Notes: generated by a model not told the origin, from the letters alone. Numbered from the stretch's first letter, positions 1 through 10,092 are shown. The stretch: DNA of 64,000 nt from Gemmatimonadota bacterium (GCA_050732935.1 JBOHRW010000150.1:12862-76861); one strand, 5' to 3'. Numbers and translations are program-made.

Positions 1-190
1 GCAGCGTCATCCGCCGGGCGAGGCTCGAGCTGTCGGTGGCCGACACCGACCACGCGGCCGGCGAGATCACGGCGCTGGCCGATCCTGCCCGTCAGCCTCC
101 TCGTGGTCGTGCCGATGCTCTTCGGGAGCCGCCTGCTTCGTCGACGAGCGTGATAACGGCTGGCGATGGAATGGTCGCCGGAGCGTCACC

Positions 191-1084
191 TTACGGACGC
201 AGGCGTCGACCCACGGCCTCCCAAAAAAAGCCGACGGTGCTTGCTAGTTGAGAGAAGCCGATCAGCGCGGAATGCCTCAGTGCCCGAAAGCCGGACTGCT
301 CGGCGAAGGGGAATCGCAGCATATCGGCGTAGAACGAAAGCGGCTCGATCGGCAGGGGCGGGACGCCGCGTCCAGATCGCGCGCGGCGAAACTCTACCGC
401 TCCTCGCCCGTAGTTGAAGTGCTGTCGCCAGAATCCGCCCGGGGTGAGAGCGTGGGCATGGCGGATGACGGCGTCCGGAACGTAACGCAACCGGTACCCG
501 AGGGATATCCAGTGGTCACATAGCTCCCGGTCTTCCGCCGCGGCGCGGGTTTGGACTGTGTTGAATCCACCGATCTCCAAAAAAAGACGCGCTGGCACCG
601 CCATGTTGTTGGAGGCGAAGAAACGGGCCTCATCGGGATCGCGATTGTAATACGCGTAGACATAGCTCACGAGGAGCTGGCTGGCCGTCGCGTAAGGGTT
701 TGTCGTAAGAACGCCGATGGTTTGCCCCCCGAGCAGGGCCTCGGGGTAGGATCGAAATGTCCCCGCCAGCGCGCTCAGCCAACCGGGGTCTGGGACACAG
801 TCATCGTCGGTGAAAGCGAGCAGGGCGCCTCTCGCCCGTGCCGCTCCCGTATTGCGAGCCAGGGAGGGACCGGCATTGGACTGGCGGAGCAAGGTCAGCT
901 CGATGTGCGCTCGGAAAGCGTCGACCACAGGGTTCAGGGGAGACGGGCTGCCGTCGTCCACGACGATCACCTCGAACCGATCGCAGGGATAGCGCTGATC
1001 CGCCAGGGCCCGCAAACAGGTGGCAAGTTGGTCCGGCCGGCTGTAGGTGGGAATGATGATGGAGAGAAAAGGGAGGGAGGACAT
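191..1084 (-). CDS. Glycosyltransferase family 2
   Basis: The N-terminus LSIIIPTYSRPDQLATCLRALADQ...EVIVVDDGS is a classic GT2 signature. An internal DDD/DXD-like motif (AFTDDDCVP) is also present. Confidence 0.8.
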   Translation of the reverse strand: MSSLPFLSIIIPTYSRPDQLATCLRALADQRYPCDRFEVIVVDDGSPSPLNPVVDAFRAHIELTLLRQSNAGPSLARNTGAARARGALLAFTDDDCVPDPGWLSALAGTFRSYPEALLGGQTIGVLTTNPYATASQLLVSYVYAYYNRDPDEARFFASNNMAVPARLFLEIGGFNTVQTRAAAEDRELCDHWISLGYRLRYVPDAVIRHAHALTPGGFWRQHFNYGRGAVEFRRARSGRGVPPLPIEPLSFYADMLRFPFAEQSGFRALRHSALIGFSQLASTVGFFWEAVGRRLRP

Positions 1085-2043
1085 CAGGGCAAGTCAACGC
1101 GCTCCAGGCGGGCATAGCGAACGCGATGAAACTCGATGTCGACCAGATGCTGCATCGCCGAGCCGGCGCCGGTTGCATAACCGACGAGCTGGCCCAAGCC
1201 GTCGATCAGAAGTCCGAAGAACAACACCGGCGTCACGCGAACCATGAGGCCCCAGCGTTGAAGACGGGTCGTCGCTCGGAGGGTGCGCACGAGGCGAACG
1301 AAGGGAATCAGGGGGGAGGCGGCAAGAAAGAAGAGGCGTTTCCAGTGGGGCGCGCACTGCACCCGCTGGGCTGCAAAGAGGCGACCGTTGTGGAACTGCG
1401 CGCGCGTCCACACCCCCGGCATCGCGTAGTTCATGTGGGCCAGCCTGGCGGCCGGCTCCAGATACAGCCGCTCGCCGTTGGCCCGCAGGTCCCAGTGCAT
1501 CACCGTTTCGGCGTCCAGCATGTCTTCGAGCGCAGGCCCGTAGGCCAGGAGCAGATCGCGCTTGTAGGATGAGTTATGGCCGGGCAGGAAGTCCACGATC
1601 CCGCCGGGGTGCGGCTCCAGCCAAGGCCCGTAGCCGATGAGCAGGTCGGCCCAGCTGATTAGGGTGTTCGGGTTGGCGTTGTGGACCACAGGGCCGACGG
1701 CGGCCCATGGACCCTCGTGCGCGAGCAGCAGGGCTTCAGCCCAGAGCGGTCCGGGAAAGGCATGATCCTCACCGAAAGCGATGACCGGGGCTTTGCTGCG
1801 CCGGACGCCCGCGACCCTGGCTTCTGACGAGGACCGTATCGGCCCTGTCGCAATCACTTGCCAGCCATGGAGGCCTTCGACGTCCGATACTACCAGGCCG
1901 ATGTCGTCGGAGGGAGCCACCAGGATCAATTCGAGCCGATCGCAGACGGTTTGCCGTGCGAGGTGGCGCACCGTGGTTCGGACGGTCGCGTAGTCATCGG
2001 GTGTAACCAGGATGACGGAGAGGAGGGGCGTGGCCGATGGCAT
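1084..2043 (-). CDS. GT2-like glycosyltransferase with C-terminal membrane helices (paralog A)
   Basis: The N-terminus LSVILVTPDDYATVRTTVRHLARQT...ELILVAP looks like a GT-A fold. It is collinear with the next ORF along the whole length (FGEDHAFPGP, ISWADL, GPW motifs shared). Confidence 0.55.
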   Translation of the reverse strand: MPSATPLLSVILVTPDDYATVRTTVRHLARQTVCDRLELILVAPSDDIGLVVSDVEGLHGWQVIATGPIRSSSEARVAGVRRSKAPVIAFGEDHAFPGPLWAEALLLAHEGPWAAVGPVVHNANPNTLISWADLLIGYGPWLEPHPGGIVDFLPGHNSSYKRDLLLAYGPALEDMLDAETVMHWDLRANGERLYLEPAARLAHMNYAMPGVWTRAQFHNGRLFAAQRVQCAPHWKRLFFLAASPLIPFVRLVRTLRATTRLQRWGLMVRVTPVLFFGLLIDGLGQLVGYATGAGSAMQHLVDIEFHRVRYARLERVDLP

Positions 2044-2049
2044 TCGGGC

Positions 2050-3072
2050 TCAACTCTTGATTCGCACGAACGAACGGTCAGGATCCAACAGGTCGCGCCG
2101 GTCGGCCTCGGTCATGAACCGGTATCGACGGAATTCAAGATCGAATTTCGTTTCCTTGGCTCGCCCCGCCCCGAACGTGTATCCCACAAACTCGCCGAAT
2201 CCGTTGGCGACCAGGCCCAGCGCCAGCGCGGGCAGGAGACGGGGCAGCAGGCCCAGGCGCTCCGAGCGCCGCAGGTCATGCAGGATGCTGCGAAAACGAG
2301 TGGCCTGAACGAGCGGAGCGGAACAGGCGTGCAGCCATTGCCTCCAGACCGGCATGGGCTCGGCCTGGACCGACCCGAAAATGCGACCGTTGACGTACTG
2401 CTCCCGGAGAAAGAAGCTCGGACGGGAAAAGTTGTAGTGATGAATCCGCGTCGCCGGGGTAATCCTCAGGGTATGGCCGTTCTCGACCAAACGGTCATGC
2501 CACAGCATTTCCACTTCGAGTAGATGCGGGAGGTCGGCCTCGTGTCCAGCGAAAGCCTCGCGGCGAAAGCACGCGTTGTGCCATGGCAGATGGTCGAGAG
2601 CCGTCGCACTCGTGTGGTCCACAAACGGCCCGAAGTTCATATAGACATCCGCCCAGCTCGTCAGGGTACGCGGGTTTCCGTTCGAGATGGATGGCACGAT
2701 CGCCCCCGCCTCGGGATGTCGATGAAACGCATCTAGCAAGGCTTCCGCCCAGTCCGGCTCCGGGAAGCAGTGGTCCTCGGCCAACACCACGAAGGGGGCC
2801 GACGCGTGCCGAATTCCCGCCGCCCGTGCGGGTCCCCCCCGGCTGAGTCGGGGGAGCTCGATCAAGCGCCAGGCCCCAAAACCCTGCAGCGCGACCTTGT
2901 CCACCGCGGCCTCGTCGGCCGAGGCGGCAACGAGGATGATCTCGAGCCGCTCGGCAATCGTCTGGGCCTGGAGATGCCGGACGGTTTTGGCTATCCCGTC
3001 GAAACTGTCCGGCATGATCAGCACGACGGAGAGGGTCGACATCGAATGAGTTGTCTGCGCCGGTATTCCCAT
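2050..3072 (-). CDS. GT2-like glycosyltransferase (paralog B of the preceding gene)
   Basis: LSVVLIMPDSFDGIAKTVRHLQAQT...EIILVAAS, and LAEDHCFPEPDWAEALL matching FGEDHAFPGPLWAEALL of the neighbour. This is a tandem duplication. Confidence 0.55.
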   Translation of the reverse strand: MGIPAQTTHSMSTLSVVLIMPDSFDGIAKTVRHLQAQTIAERLEIILVAASADEAAVDKVALQGFGAWRLIELPRLSRGGPARAAGIRHASAPFVVLAEDHCFPEPDWAEALLDAFHRHPEAGAIVPSISNGNPRTLTSWADVYMNFGPFVDHTSATALDHLPWHNACFRREAFAGHEADLPHLLEVEMLWHDRLVENGHTLRITPATRIHHYNFSRPSFFLREQYVNGRIFGSVQAEPMPVWRQWLHACSAPLVQATRFRSILHDLRRSERLGLLPRLLPALALGLVANGFGEFVGYTFGAGRAKETKFDLEFRRYRFMTEADRRDLLDPDRSFVRIKS

Positions 3073-3108
3073 GAGATGAACGAGGTTTTGGGAAATGGAA
3101 CAGCGAAC

Positions 3109-4092
3109 CTACAGGAGCCCCTCCTGAAGATACCAGTTGACGGTTTGCTGCATCGCATCTTCGATGGAGACCCGGGGATCATAACCCAGTTCGCGTCGGG
3201 CCCGCTCGATGGAGAAGGCCCGGTCGGCCTGGAAGAATTCGAGCGCATGGGTCCGTGGCAGAGAGAGCCCCAGGCGTCGATAGAGGGCGTCGCCGAGCCG
3301 ATGGTACAGCCGTAGGGGCAAGGCGGGCAGACGCCTGGGGGTGGCGGAAACATCCAGTGAGCGGGCTATAGCCGCGATCGCCCGGTTGATGGAAACGCAG
3401 TCCGGTCCGGTGAAGAGGTAGGTCCGTCCCTCGATGCCAGGGATTTCCGCGCACAGGCGCAGCGCGTCGACCGCATCGGAAACCGCCGTCAGAGGCACCC
3501 GGTTGCTTCCCGAGCCGACCACGAAGACGCGGCCGGCGGCGATGTCGCGCACCCACGGCAGCCAACCCCTCGCGCGTGCACCGAGCATGCTGGGCAGGCG
3601 TGCGATGACAGCCGGCAAGCCTTGGCTCTTGACCGCGTCATGCACGATTTGTTCGGCCCGCCACTTCGATATTCGATAGGCCGTGTTCGGTTGTGGCGGC
3701 GTTCGCTCATCGGCCGGAGGCTGGGGAACGCGGCCGAAACCCCCCAGCGTGCTCGCGAACACGAATCGACGGATGCCGGCTGCAACCGAGGCCTGCGTCA
3801 TGTGACGCGTGCCGGTTTCGTTGATCACCCGGTAGTCTTCCGTCGAGGGATGGCTGCGGGCCGTCGCGGCGGCGAGGTGGTAGACGTGCGTGCAGCCGTC
3901 CACGGTCCGGCCCACAGCGTCTTCATCCAGCAGATCGGCGTGGACGATCTCGACGCCAAGGGCCGCGAGGTGCGTGGTGTCGCTGGAGGCACGGGCCATG
4001 GCCCGGACAGCGTATCCGTCCGCTACGAGACGCTCGGACAGGTGACTGCCCACGAAGCCGGTGGCGCCGGTTACAAGCGCGAGATCAGGCAT
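3109..4092 (-). CDS. NAD-dependent epimerase/dehydratase (SDR family)
   Basis: LVTGATGFVGSHLSERLVADGYAV is a Rossmann GxxGxxG motif. Its length (327 aa) is typical of a nucleotide-sugar epimerase. Confidence 0.85.
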   Translation of the reverse strand: MPDLALVTGATGFVGSHLSERLVADGYAVRAMARASSDTTHLAALGVEIVHADLLDEDAVGRTVDGCTHVYHLAAATARSHPSTEDYRVINETGTRHMTQASVAAGIRRFVFASTLGGFGRVPQPPADERTPPQPNTAYRISKWRAEQIVHDAVKSQGLPAVIARLPSMLGARARGWLPWVRDIAAGRVFVVGSGSNRVPLTAVSDAVDALRLCAEIPGIEGRTYLFTGPDCVSINRAIAAIARSLDVSATPRRLPALPLRLYHRLGDALYRRLGLSLPRTHALEFFQADRAFSIERARRELGYDPRVSIEDAMQQTVNWYLQEGLL

Positions 4093-5158
4093 CGCGGGGC
4101 ACCGCCTGGAGCGAAACGGGCCGGTTCGTCGCGGCCGATTCGAGGGCGGCGAGGGTGATCTGCAACGCCCGTCGGCCGTCGCTCAGCGTGGCCGGGGGCG
4201 AGTGATCCTGCCGGATGCAATCGATGAACGCCTGCCATTCGGAGCGGTAGGAGGCCATGAAGTCACCGCCGTACCGCAGGTTGGGCAAGGCGGCCGGCAG
4301 CCGGCGGACCGGTTGCATCACTTGGTTGGCCAGGTGCCGGATTCCGCCGAGGTGATCGGCTGTCGCATACTGCCGAAGGCCGTCGAACTGGTAGCAGGAA
4401 ACCACGATACGGCCGTTGCTGCCGTGAAACTCGAGCTGGTTCTGGTCGGCCGTCGCCTGGGAGAAGACTCCGGTGGCCAGCACGCCGTTGGCGAGGCGGG
4501 CGGAGACCGTCGCCATGTCATCCTCGCGCTCCGCGGTGCGGGATTGCACGAAGACTTCCTCGACCTCGGCATCGAGCAGGTACCGCCACAGGTCGAAATG
4601 ATGAACGCCCAGCTCGAACAGCACGCCGCCTCCGGTGGCGCGCCGGCGGCGCCAGTCCGGCAAGGTCTGGCGGTGGGCGATGCCGCTGGTGAACGCGGAG
4701 CGTACGAAGGCGGGGGTGCCCAGCGCGCCGTCCCGGAGAGCCGCATGGACTCGGCGGATCAGCCGGTGATGCCGCAGGTTGAAGCCCACCGTGGCCTTCC
4801 CGGGCGACCGGGCGTCGTGGGCCATCAACCGGTCCGCTTCATCGAGGGTCAGCGAGAGCGGCTTCTCGATGAGTACGTGTTTTCCGGCATCCAGCGCGGC
4901 AATCGCGACTTCGGCGTGCTGCGCCACCGGCACGCACACAGCGACGATATCCACATCTGGATCCGCGAGCAGGGTATCCGCATCCAGGTACGACCGAAGT
5001 ATGCCGAATCGGCTCGTCACCATATCCAGGCGGCCGGCATCCCGGTCGGCGGCGGCCGTCACCCGGGCATCCGGCACGTGGCGCAGGGCCGGCAGATGAA
5101 GCTGCTCGGTGACCCGTCCACAGCCGATCAGCCCGATTCCCAGGGGAGAAGAAGACAT
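4085..5158 (-). CDS. Gfo/Idh/MocA family oxidoreductase
   Basis: MSSSPLGIGLIGCGRVTEQ...VDIVAVCVP...EKP is the Gfo/Idh/MocA N-terminal NAD-binding motif. The start was moved from the track's 5197 to the ATG at 5158 because the extra 13 codons run into an AT-rich promoter-like stretch. Confidence 0.8.
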   Translation of the reverse strand: MSSSPLGIGLIGCGRVTEQLHLPALRHVPDARVTAAADRDAGRLDMVTSRFGILRSYLDADTLLADPDVDIVAVCVPVAQHAEVAIAALDAGKHVLIEKPLSLTLDEADRLMAHDARSPGKATVGFNLRHHRLIRRVHAALRDGALGTPAFVRSAFTSGIAHRQTLPDWRRRRATGGGVLFELGVHHFDLWRYLLDAEVEEVFVQSRTAEREDDMATVSARLANGVLATGVFSQATADQNQLEFHGSNGRIVVSCYQFDGLRQYATADHLGGIRHLANQVMQPVRRLPAALPNLRYGGDFMASYRSEWQAFIDCIRQDHSPPATLSDGRRALQITLAALESAATNRPVSLQAVPRDA

Positions 5159-5240
5159 ATACGCATAGTATACGGCTATTACCGACATTTCGATCACTTC
5201 GGCCGGTCCTCGACTTTCCTACCCGACCGACCCGGGAAGC
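5159..5240. promoter_or_regulatory. AT-rich divergent promoter region between the oxidoreductase operon (-) and lat (+)
   Basis: catatacgcatagtatacggctattaccgacatttcgatcac is strikingly AT-rich for a 70% GC genome. It lies immediately upstream of the minus-strand start. Confidence 0.3.
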
Positions 5241-5340
5241 GGTATCCTCTGTCGGTGCTTATCCCCCGGACCGACACCCACTCCCGCCTCCGGCTGCCCC
5301 GCCAGGCCCGGCCCGGCATCTTCGCGCCCCCCAATGGGCC

Positions 5341-5363
5341 AGCGGACGCCATGGGCGTCCGCT
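5341..5363 (+). promoter_or_regulatory. Perfect 10-bp inverted repeat (agcggacgcc-atg-ggcgtccgct) in the lat leader
   Basis: Read directly from the sequence, about 107 nt upstream of the lat start. It could be an operator palindrome or an RNA hairpin. Confidence 0.3.
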
Positions 5364-5469
5364 CGACAGCCGCCGCGGCCCGGTAGCGCGTCCCCTCCGG
5401 GCGCCTCTCCGGAGCGCCGTGGTCCCGTTCGTCTCCCGCGTTACGAACCGTCGGTCCCAGGAGGGCGCC

Positions 5470-6825
5470 ATGTCCCGTATCCAAGTTTCCGCCGAACGTG
5501 TCTTTCCGATCCTCAAGCAGAGCATCCTCGTCGACGGCTTCCACATCGTTATCGATCTCGAGAAGTCCCATGGCACGACCATGGTCGACGCGCTGACGGG
5601 GAAGGAATACCTGGACTGCTACGCCTACTTCGCAACTCTGCCGATCGGGCACAACCATCCGGGTATGGACGACGAGGGCTTCCGCGAGTCGCTCATGCGG
5701 GCGGCCCTCGCCAACCCGGCCAACAGCGATGTCTACAGCCGGGAGTACGCGGCGTTCGTGGAGATCTTCCGGCGGGTTGCGGTGCCGGCGCCCTTCGAGC
5801 ACCTGTTCTTCATCGCCGGCGGCGCGTTGGCGGTCGAGAACGCCATGAAGGCGGCCTTCGACTGGAAGGCGCAGAAGAATCGCGCCCGAGGGATCGAGGG
5901 AGGCGCCGACAAGGTCCTTCACTTCGTCGACGCGTTCCACGGCAGGAGCGGGTACACGCTCTCGGTGACCAACACCGACCCCGCCAAGACGCGCGATTTC
6001 CCGAAGTTCGACTGGCCTCGCGTTTCCAACCCCAAGCTCAGCTTTCCCATCGATGACGAAGCGATCGAGGAAGCCGAGGCCGGAGTGGTTGCCGAGATCG
6101 AGGCGGTGTTCGAGAAGGATCCGCACGGGATCGCCGCGATCCTGATCGAGCCGATTCAGAGCGAGGGGGGTGACCACCACTTCCGTCCCCAGTTCCTGCA
6201 GGCTCTCCGCCGTCTCGCCGACGAGCATGAGGCGCTCCTCATTTTCGACGAGGTCCAGACCGGGATGGGGGTCACCGGGACGATGTGGGCCTTCGAGCAG
6301 ATGGGCATGGCCCCCGACATCGTCGCCTTCGGCAAGAAGGCGCAGGTGTGCGGGATCATGGTGGGTCCACGGATCGACGAGGTCGAGAAGAACGTCTTCC
6401 GCGTCTCCTCGCGCATCAATTCGACGTGGGGCGGCAACCTGGTCGACATGGTGCGCTGCGCGCGCTACCTGGAGATCATCGAGGAGAAGGAGCTGGTCGA
6501 GAGCACGGCGCGGGTCGGCGACACTTTCCTGGAGCTGCTCCAGGGGGTCCAGGCCGAGTTCCCGGAGATCGTCTCCAATACCCGCGGCCGGGGTCTGCTG
6601 CTCGCCTTCGATCTGCCCGACACGGCGACCCGGAGCGCCATCCGCCAGAAGTGCTGGGACGAGGGGTTGGCGACCCTGGCTTGCGGTCCGCGCAGCCTGC
6701 GCTTCCGGCCGTCTCTGATCTTCAGCGAGGACGACGCCGAGCGGGCGGTCGACATCCTGCGCCAGGTCCTGGCCTCCCGCCCCGTCGAGGGGGCGGACAT
6801 GGTGAGTACCGGCAAGGCCATCTGA
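5470..6825 (+). CDS. lat: Class-III aminotransferase, L-lysine 6-transaminase-like
   Basis: A good RBS (caggaggg) precedes the ATG at 5470. The N-terminal region HIVIDLEKSHGTTMVDALTGKEYLDCYAYFATLPIGHNHP is collinear with L-lysine epsilon-aminotransferases, and the length is right for the class-III PLP fold. Confidence 0.8.
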   Translation: MSRIQVSAERVFPILKQSILVDGFHIVIDLEKSHGTTMVDALTGKEYLDCYAYFATLPIGHNHPGMDDEGFRESLMRAALANPANSDVYSREYAAFVEIFRRVAVPAPFEHLFFIAGGALAVENAMKAAFDWKAQKNRARGIEGGADKVLHFVDAFHGRSGYTLSVTNTDPAKTRDFPKFDWPRVSNPKLSFPIDDEAIEEAEAGVVAEIEAVFEKDPHGIAAILIEPIQSEGGDHHFRPQFLQALRRLADEHEALLIFDEVQTGMGVTGTMWAFEQMGMAPDIVAFGKKAQVCGIMVGPRIDEVEKNVFRVSSRINSTWGGNLVDMVRCARYLEIIEEKELVESTARVGDTFLELLQGVQAEFPEIVSNTRGRGLLLAFDLPDTATRSAIRQKCWDEGLATLACGPRSLRFRPSLIFSEDDAERAVDILRQVLASRPVEGADMVSTGKAI

Positions 6826-6929
6826 GCGCCGGCACGGATCGTCGCTCGGGTAGCGTGGGTATGAACGGAGATCGCCCCGCGGTCGTCATAAAGCCTGAAC
6901 CCGCACCGCATCCCATTCCAGGAGAGCCG

Positions 6930-9221
6930 ATGAACCGCCTTTCGATCCGCTTCGTGTCCGTCTTCGTCTTCGGGCTGCTCGCGGCCGCCCCGCTGCCCGC
7001 GCAGGAGGCCGACCCCGGAATCCTCACCCTCGAGCGCATCTTCTCGTCGGACGACTTCCAGAGGGAGCGGTTCGGTCCGGCGCGCTGGCTGGAGGGCGAA
7101 GGCGCGTACACGACGGTCGAGCCCTCCGAGGCCGTCGAGAATGGGCAGGACATCGTGCGTTACGACGCGCGGACGGGTGAGCGCGAGGTCATGATCCCGG
7201 CTTCGCAGCTGATCCCGGAGGGCGGCAACGAGGCGCTCGAGATCGAGGACTATTCGTGGTCGCCGAACGGCCAGCGGCTCCTGATCTTCACCAACTCCGA
7301 ACGCGTCTGGCGGGACAACACGCGGGGCGACTACTGGATCCTCGATCGCGGTTTGGAGACCCTGCGGAAGCTGGGCGGTGACGCGCCCGAATCGACGCTC
7401 ATGTTCGCCAAGTTCTCGCCGGACGCCTCCCGCGTTGGCTATGTCCGCTACGACGAGAACGACATCTACGTCGAGGATCTGGCGAGCGGCGAGATCACCC
7501 GACTCACGACCGATGGCTCGCGGACCATCATCAATGGCACCTTCGATTGGGTCTACGAGGAGGAGCTGAACCTCCAGGATGGCTGGCGCTGGAGCCCGGA
7601 CGGGGAGCGGATCGCCTACTGGCAGCTCGACGCCAGCGGTGTCGGTGAGTTCCTGCTCCTCAACTCCACCGACTCGCTCTACTCGTTCACGATCCCCATC
7701 CAGTACCCCAAGGCGGGAACCACCAACTCCGCGGGGAGGGTGGGTGTCGTGAGCTCGACCGGCGGCGAGACGACGTGGATGGATGTCCCGGGGGATCCGC
7801 GAAACAACTACATCGCCCGCATGGACTGGGCGGCGAGTCCCGACGAGCTCGTGCTTCAGCATCTCAACCGCCTTCAGAACACGCTCCAGATCATGCTCGC
7901 CGACGCGTCGACCGGAGAGGTGCGGACGATCCACACCGAGAGCGATCCCGATGCCTGGGTCGATATGCGCGTGGAGCTCTTCGACTGGATCGACGACGGG
8001 CAGCGCTTCCTCTGGATCAGCGAGTCGGACGGCTGGCGCCACGCCTACGTCATCTCCAGGGACGGCGAGGAGCAGCGGCTGATCACGCCCGGCGAATACG
8101 ACATCATCGACGTGGTGGGCGTCGACACGGCGGAGGAGTGGCTTTACATCCTCGCCTCGCCCGACGACCCCAAGACGCGCTACCTGTACCGGGTCCGGAT
8201 CGACGGTACGGGCGAGGAGGAGCGGCTGACCCCGGAGGAGACGGGCAGCCACGCCTACGACATGGCTCCCTCCGGCGACTGGGCGTTCCACACCTTTTCC
8301 TCCTTTGGTGTGCCGCCCGTCATCGACCTCGTGACGCTACCCGCGCACGAGTCCGTGCGGACGCTCGTCGACAACGCCGGGCTCCAGGCCACGATGGAGG
8401 CGCTCGACCGCGGCCCGGTGGAGTTCTTCCGCGTACCGAGCGCCGCGGAAGGGCTGATGCTGGACGGCTGGGTGATGAAGCCGCCCGGATTCGACGAGTC
8501 ACGGGAGTATCCCGTCCTCTTCTACGTCTATGGGGAGCCATGGGGCCAGACGGTGACCGACTCCTGGGGCGGGGAGAGGTATCTCTGGCACCTTTACCTG
8601 ACCCAGCAGGGCTACCTCGTGGCGAGCGTCGATCCCCGCGGCACGCCGGCACCCCGCGGCAGCCACTGGCGGAAGGTCATCTATCAGCGGATCGGGACCC
8701 TGACAGCGGCCGATCTGGCGGCCGCGGCCGAGGCGTTCGTCGAGCGGCCGTGGGTCGACGAGACGCGGGTCGGGATCTGGGGCTGGAGCGGTGGCGGCTC
8801 GCAGACCCTGAACGCGCTGTTCCGGTACCCGGAGATCTTCGACCTGGGGATGGCGGTCGCTCCCGTTCCCGACATCCGCCTCTACGACACGATCTATCAG
8901 GAGCGCTATATGGGCCTGCCGCAGGAGAGCCCGGAGGCCTACGCCGAGTCCAGCCCGGTCACCTATGCCGATCAGCTCGAGGGGGATCTCCTGGTCGTCC
9001 ACGGCACCGGCGACGACAACGTCCACTTCCAGGGGACCCAGCGGCTGATCGACGCCCTGGTGGCGGCCAACAAGCCGTTCACGATGATGGCCTACCCGAA
9101 CCGCACGCACGGCATCTTCGAGGGGAAGAACACGACCCTGCACCTGTTCAGCCTGCTCACCCGCTACCTGGAGGAACATCTGCCGGTGCGGGCGGCGGAG
9201 CCGGTCGCGGTCGGCCGCTAG
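6930..9221 (+). CDS. S9B family dipeptidyl-peptidase IV / prolyl tripeptidyl peptidase (secreted)
   Basis: A signal peptide MNRLSIRFVSVFVFGLLAAAPLPA|QEA begins at the internal ATG 6930. The track ORF's 5' part overlaps lat in another frame. A beta-propeller region is followed by the catalytic GWSGGG serine motif, and the gene ends DGTGDDNVHF...HGI. Confidence 0.85.
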   Translation: MNRLSIRFVSVFVFGLLAAAPLPAQEADPGILTLERIFSSDDFQRERFGPARWLEGEGAYTTVEPSEAVENGQDIVRYDARTGEREVMIPASQLIPEGGNEALEIEDYSWSPNGQRLLIFTNSERVWRDNTRGDYWILDRGLETLRKLGGDAPESTLMFAKFSPDASRVGYVRYDENDIYVEDLASGEITRLTTDGSRTIINGTFDWVYEEELNLQDGWRWSPDGERIAYWQLDASGVGEFLLLNSTDSLYSFTIPIQYPKAGTTNSAGRVGVVSSTGGETTWMDVPGDPRNNYIARMDWAASPDELVLQHLNRLQNTLQIMLADASTGEVRTIHTESDPDAWVDMRVELFDWIDDGQRFLWISESDGWRHAYVISRDGEEQRLITPGEYDIIDVVGVDTAEEWLYILASPDDPKTRYLYRVRIDGTGEEERLTPEETGSHAYDMAPSGDWAFHTFSSFGVPPVIDLVTLPAHESVRTLVDNAGLQATMEALDRGPVEFFRVPSAAEGLMLDGWVMKPPGFDESREYPVLFYVYGEPWGQTVTDSWGGERYLWHLYLTQQGYLVASVDPRGTPAPRGSHWRKVIYQRIGTLTAADLAAAAEAFVERPWVDETRVGIWGWSGGGSQTLNALFRYPEIFDLGMAVAPVPDIRLYDTIYQERYMGLPQESPEAYAESSPVTYADQLEGDLLVVHGTGDDNVHFQGTQRLIDALVAANKPFTMMAYPNRTHGIFEGKNTTLHLFSLLTRYLEEHLPVRAAEPVAVGR

Positions 9222-9301
9222 CGGGCGGTGGATCTGATCGCGGGCCCTTTTCAACGCGACCGCGGTGTGCGTTCCTCGGCAGGTCTCCGTATAATCGGCC
9301 C

Positions 9302-9691
9302 ATGACCGAAGGCAGCGTCGAGTCCGTCCCTTCGCCCCGGATCGAGGGGCTCGAGTGGGGCCGCATCGAGGTCGAGGGGGCGCGGGCTCCGTACAAGGAC
9401 GCCAAGCTCTGGCCGGGCGGCTCACGCGAGTGGGACTGGAACGAGACCGGGACCCGCCACGAGCCGGGCGTGCAGCCCGCCGACGTGGAGGAGCTCCTCG
9501 AGCACGGGGCGACGACGGTGGTTCTCTCGCGCGGCATCCAGCGCCGGCTCCGGGTCCGCGCCGATACCCTCGAGATGCTGGAGGAGAGAGGCGTTCGGAG
9601 CCACGTCGTTCAGACCCTGGAGGCGGTCCGCCTCTACAACGAGCTGCGGGAGCGGGAGGCGGTGGGCGGGCTCTTCCATTCGACGTGCTGA
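9302..9691 (+). CDS. Mth938-like domain protein (DUF498 family)
   Basis: 129 aa. The motif pattern IEGLEWGRIEVEG...YKDAKLWPGGSREWDWNETGTRH is typical of Mth938/NDUFAF3-like proteins. Confidence 0.6.
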   Translation: MTEGSVESVPSPRIEGLEWGRIEVEGARAPYKDAKLWPGGSREWDWNETGTRHEPGVQPADVEELLEHGATTVVLSRGIQRRLRVRADTLEMLEERGVRSHVVQTLEAVRLYNELREREAVGGLFHSTC

Positions 9692-10092
9692 AACGCGGGC
9701 TCCTCTTCGTAATGGCGGCGATCGTTGTCACGAGTGGCTGTGCCGATACGGATGGTCTGACCGGCGAGTGGCAGGCGGTCAGCGACAACGCCGAGGGCTC
9801 GGCGTTCGTCTTCCGCGAGGACGGCACCGCGCTCTGGCTCCTGCCCGACACGTTCCAGGTCCGCTACGAGGCCGATTTCGGGGCTTCGCCGCATGCGCTG
9901 GACCTGTCCGAGTTCGAGACCGGCCCGCTCGAGGGGTACGTGCTGTACTGCATCTTCGAGCTCGAAGGCGACGCTACGCTGCGGCTCGACTGCGAGCCGG
10001 GAGTCCCCGGCGAGCGAGGGGCGAACATCCGGCCCGAGGAGTTCGGCGCCCGGCAGACCCAGACGTTCGTGCGCCGGGGAGGCGGAAGCTGA
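9685..10092 (+). CDS. Hypothetical lipoprotein
   Basis: A GTG start overlaps the previous stop. The lipobox is LLFVMAAIVVTSGC. No recognisable domain. Confidence 0.45.
   Translation: MLKRGLLFVMAAIVVTSGCADTDGLTGEWQAVSDNAEGSAFVFREDGTALWLLPDTFQVRYEADFGASPHALDLSEFETGPLEGYVLYCIFELEGDATLRLDCEPGVPGERGANIRPEEFGARQTQTFVRRGGGS

Noticed and set aside
6285-6929. 5' part of the 978-aa ORF overlapping lat in another frame
   Set aside because: The region is already occupied by the well-supported lat gene. The peptidase's signal peptide and RBS begin at the internal ATG 6930.
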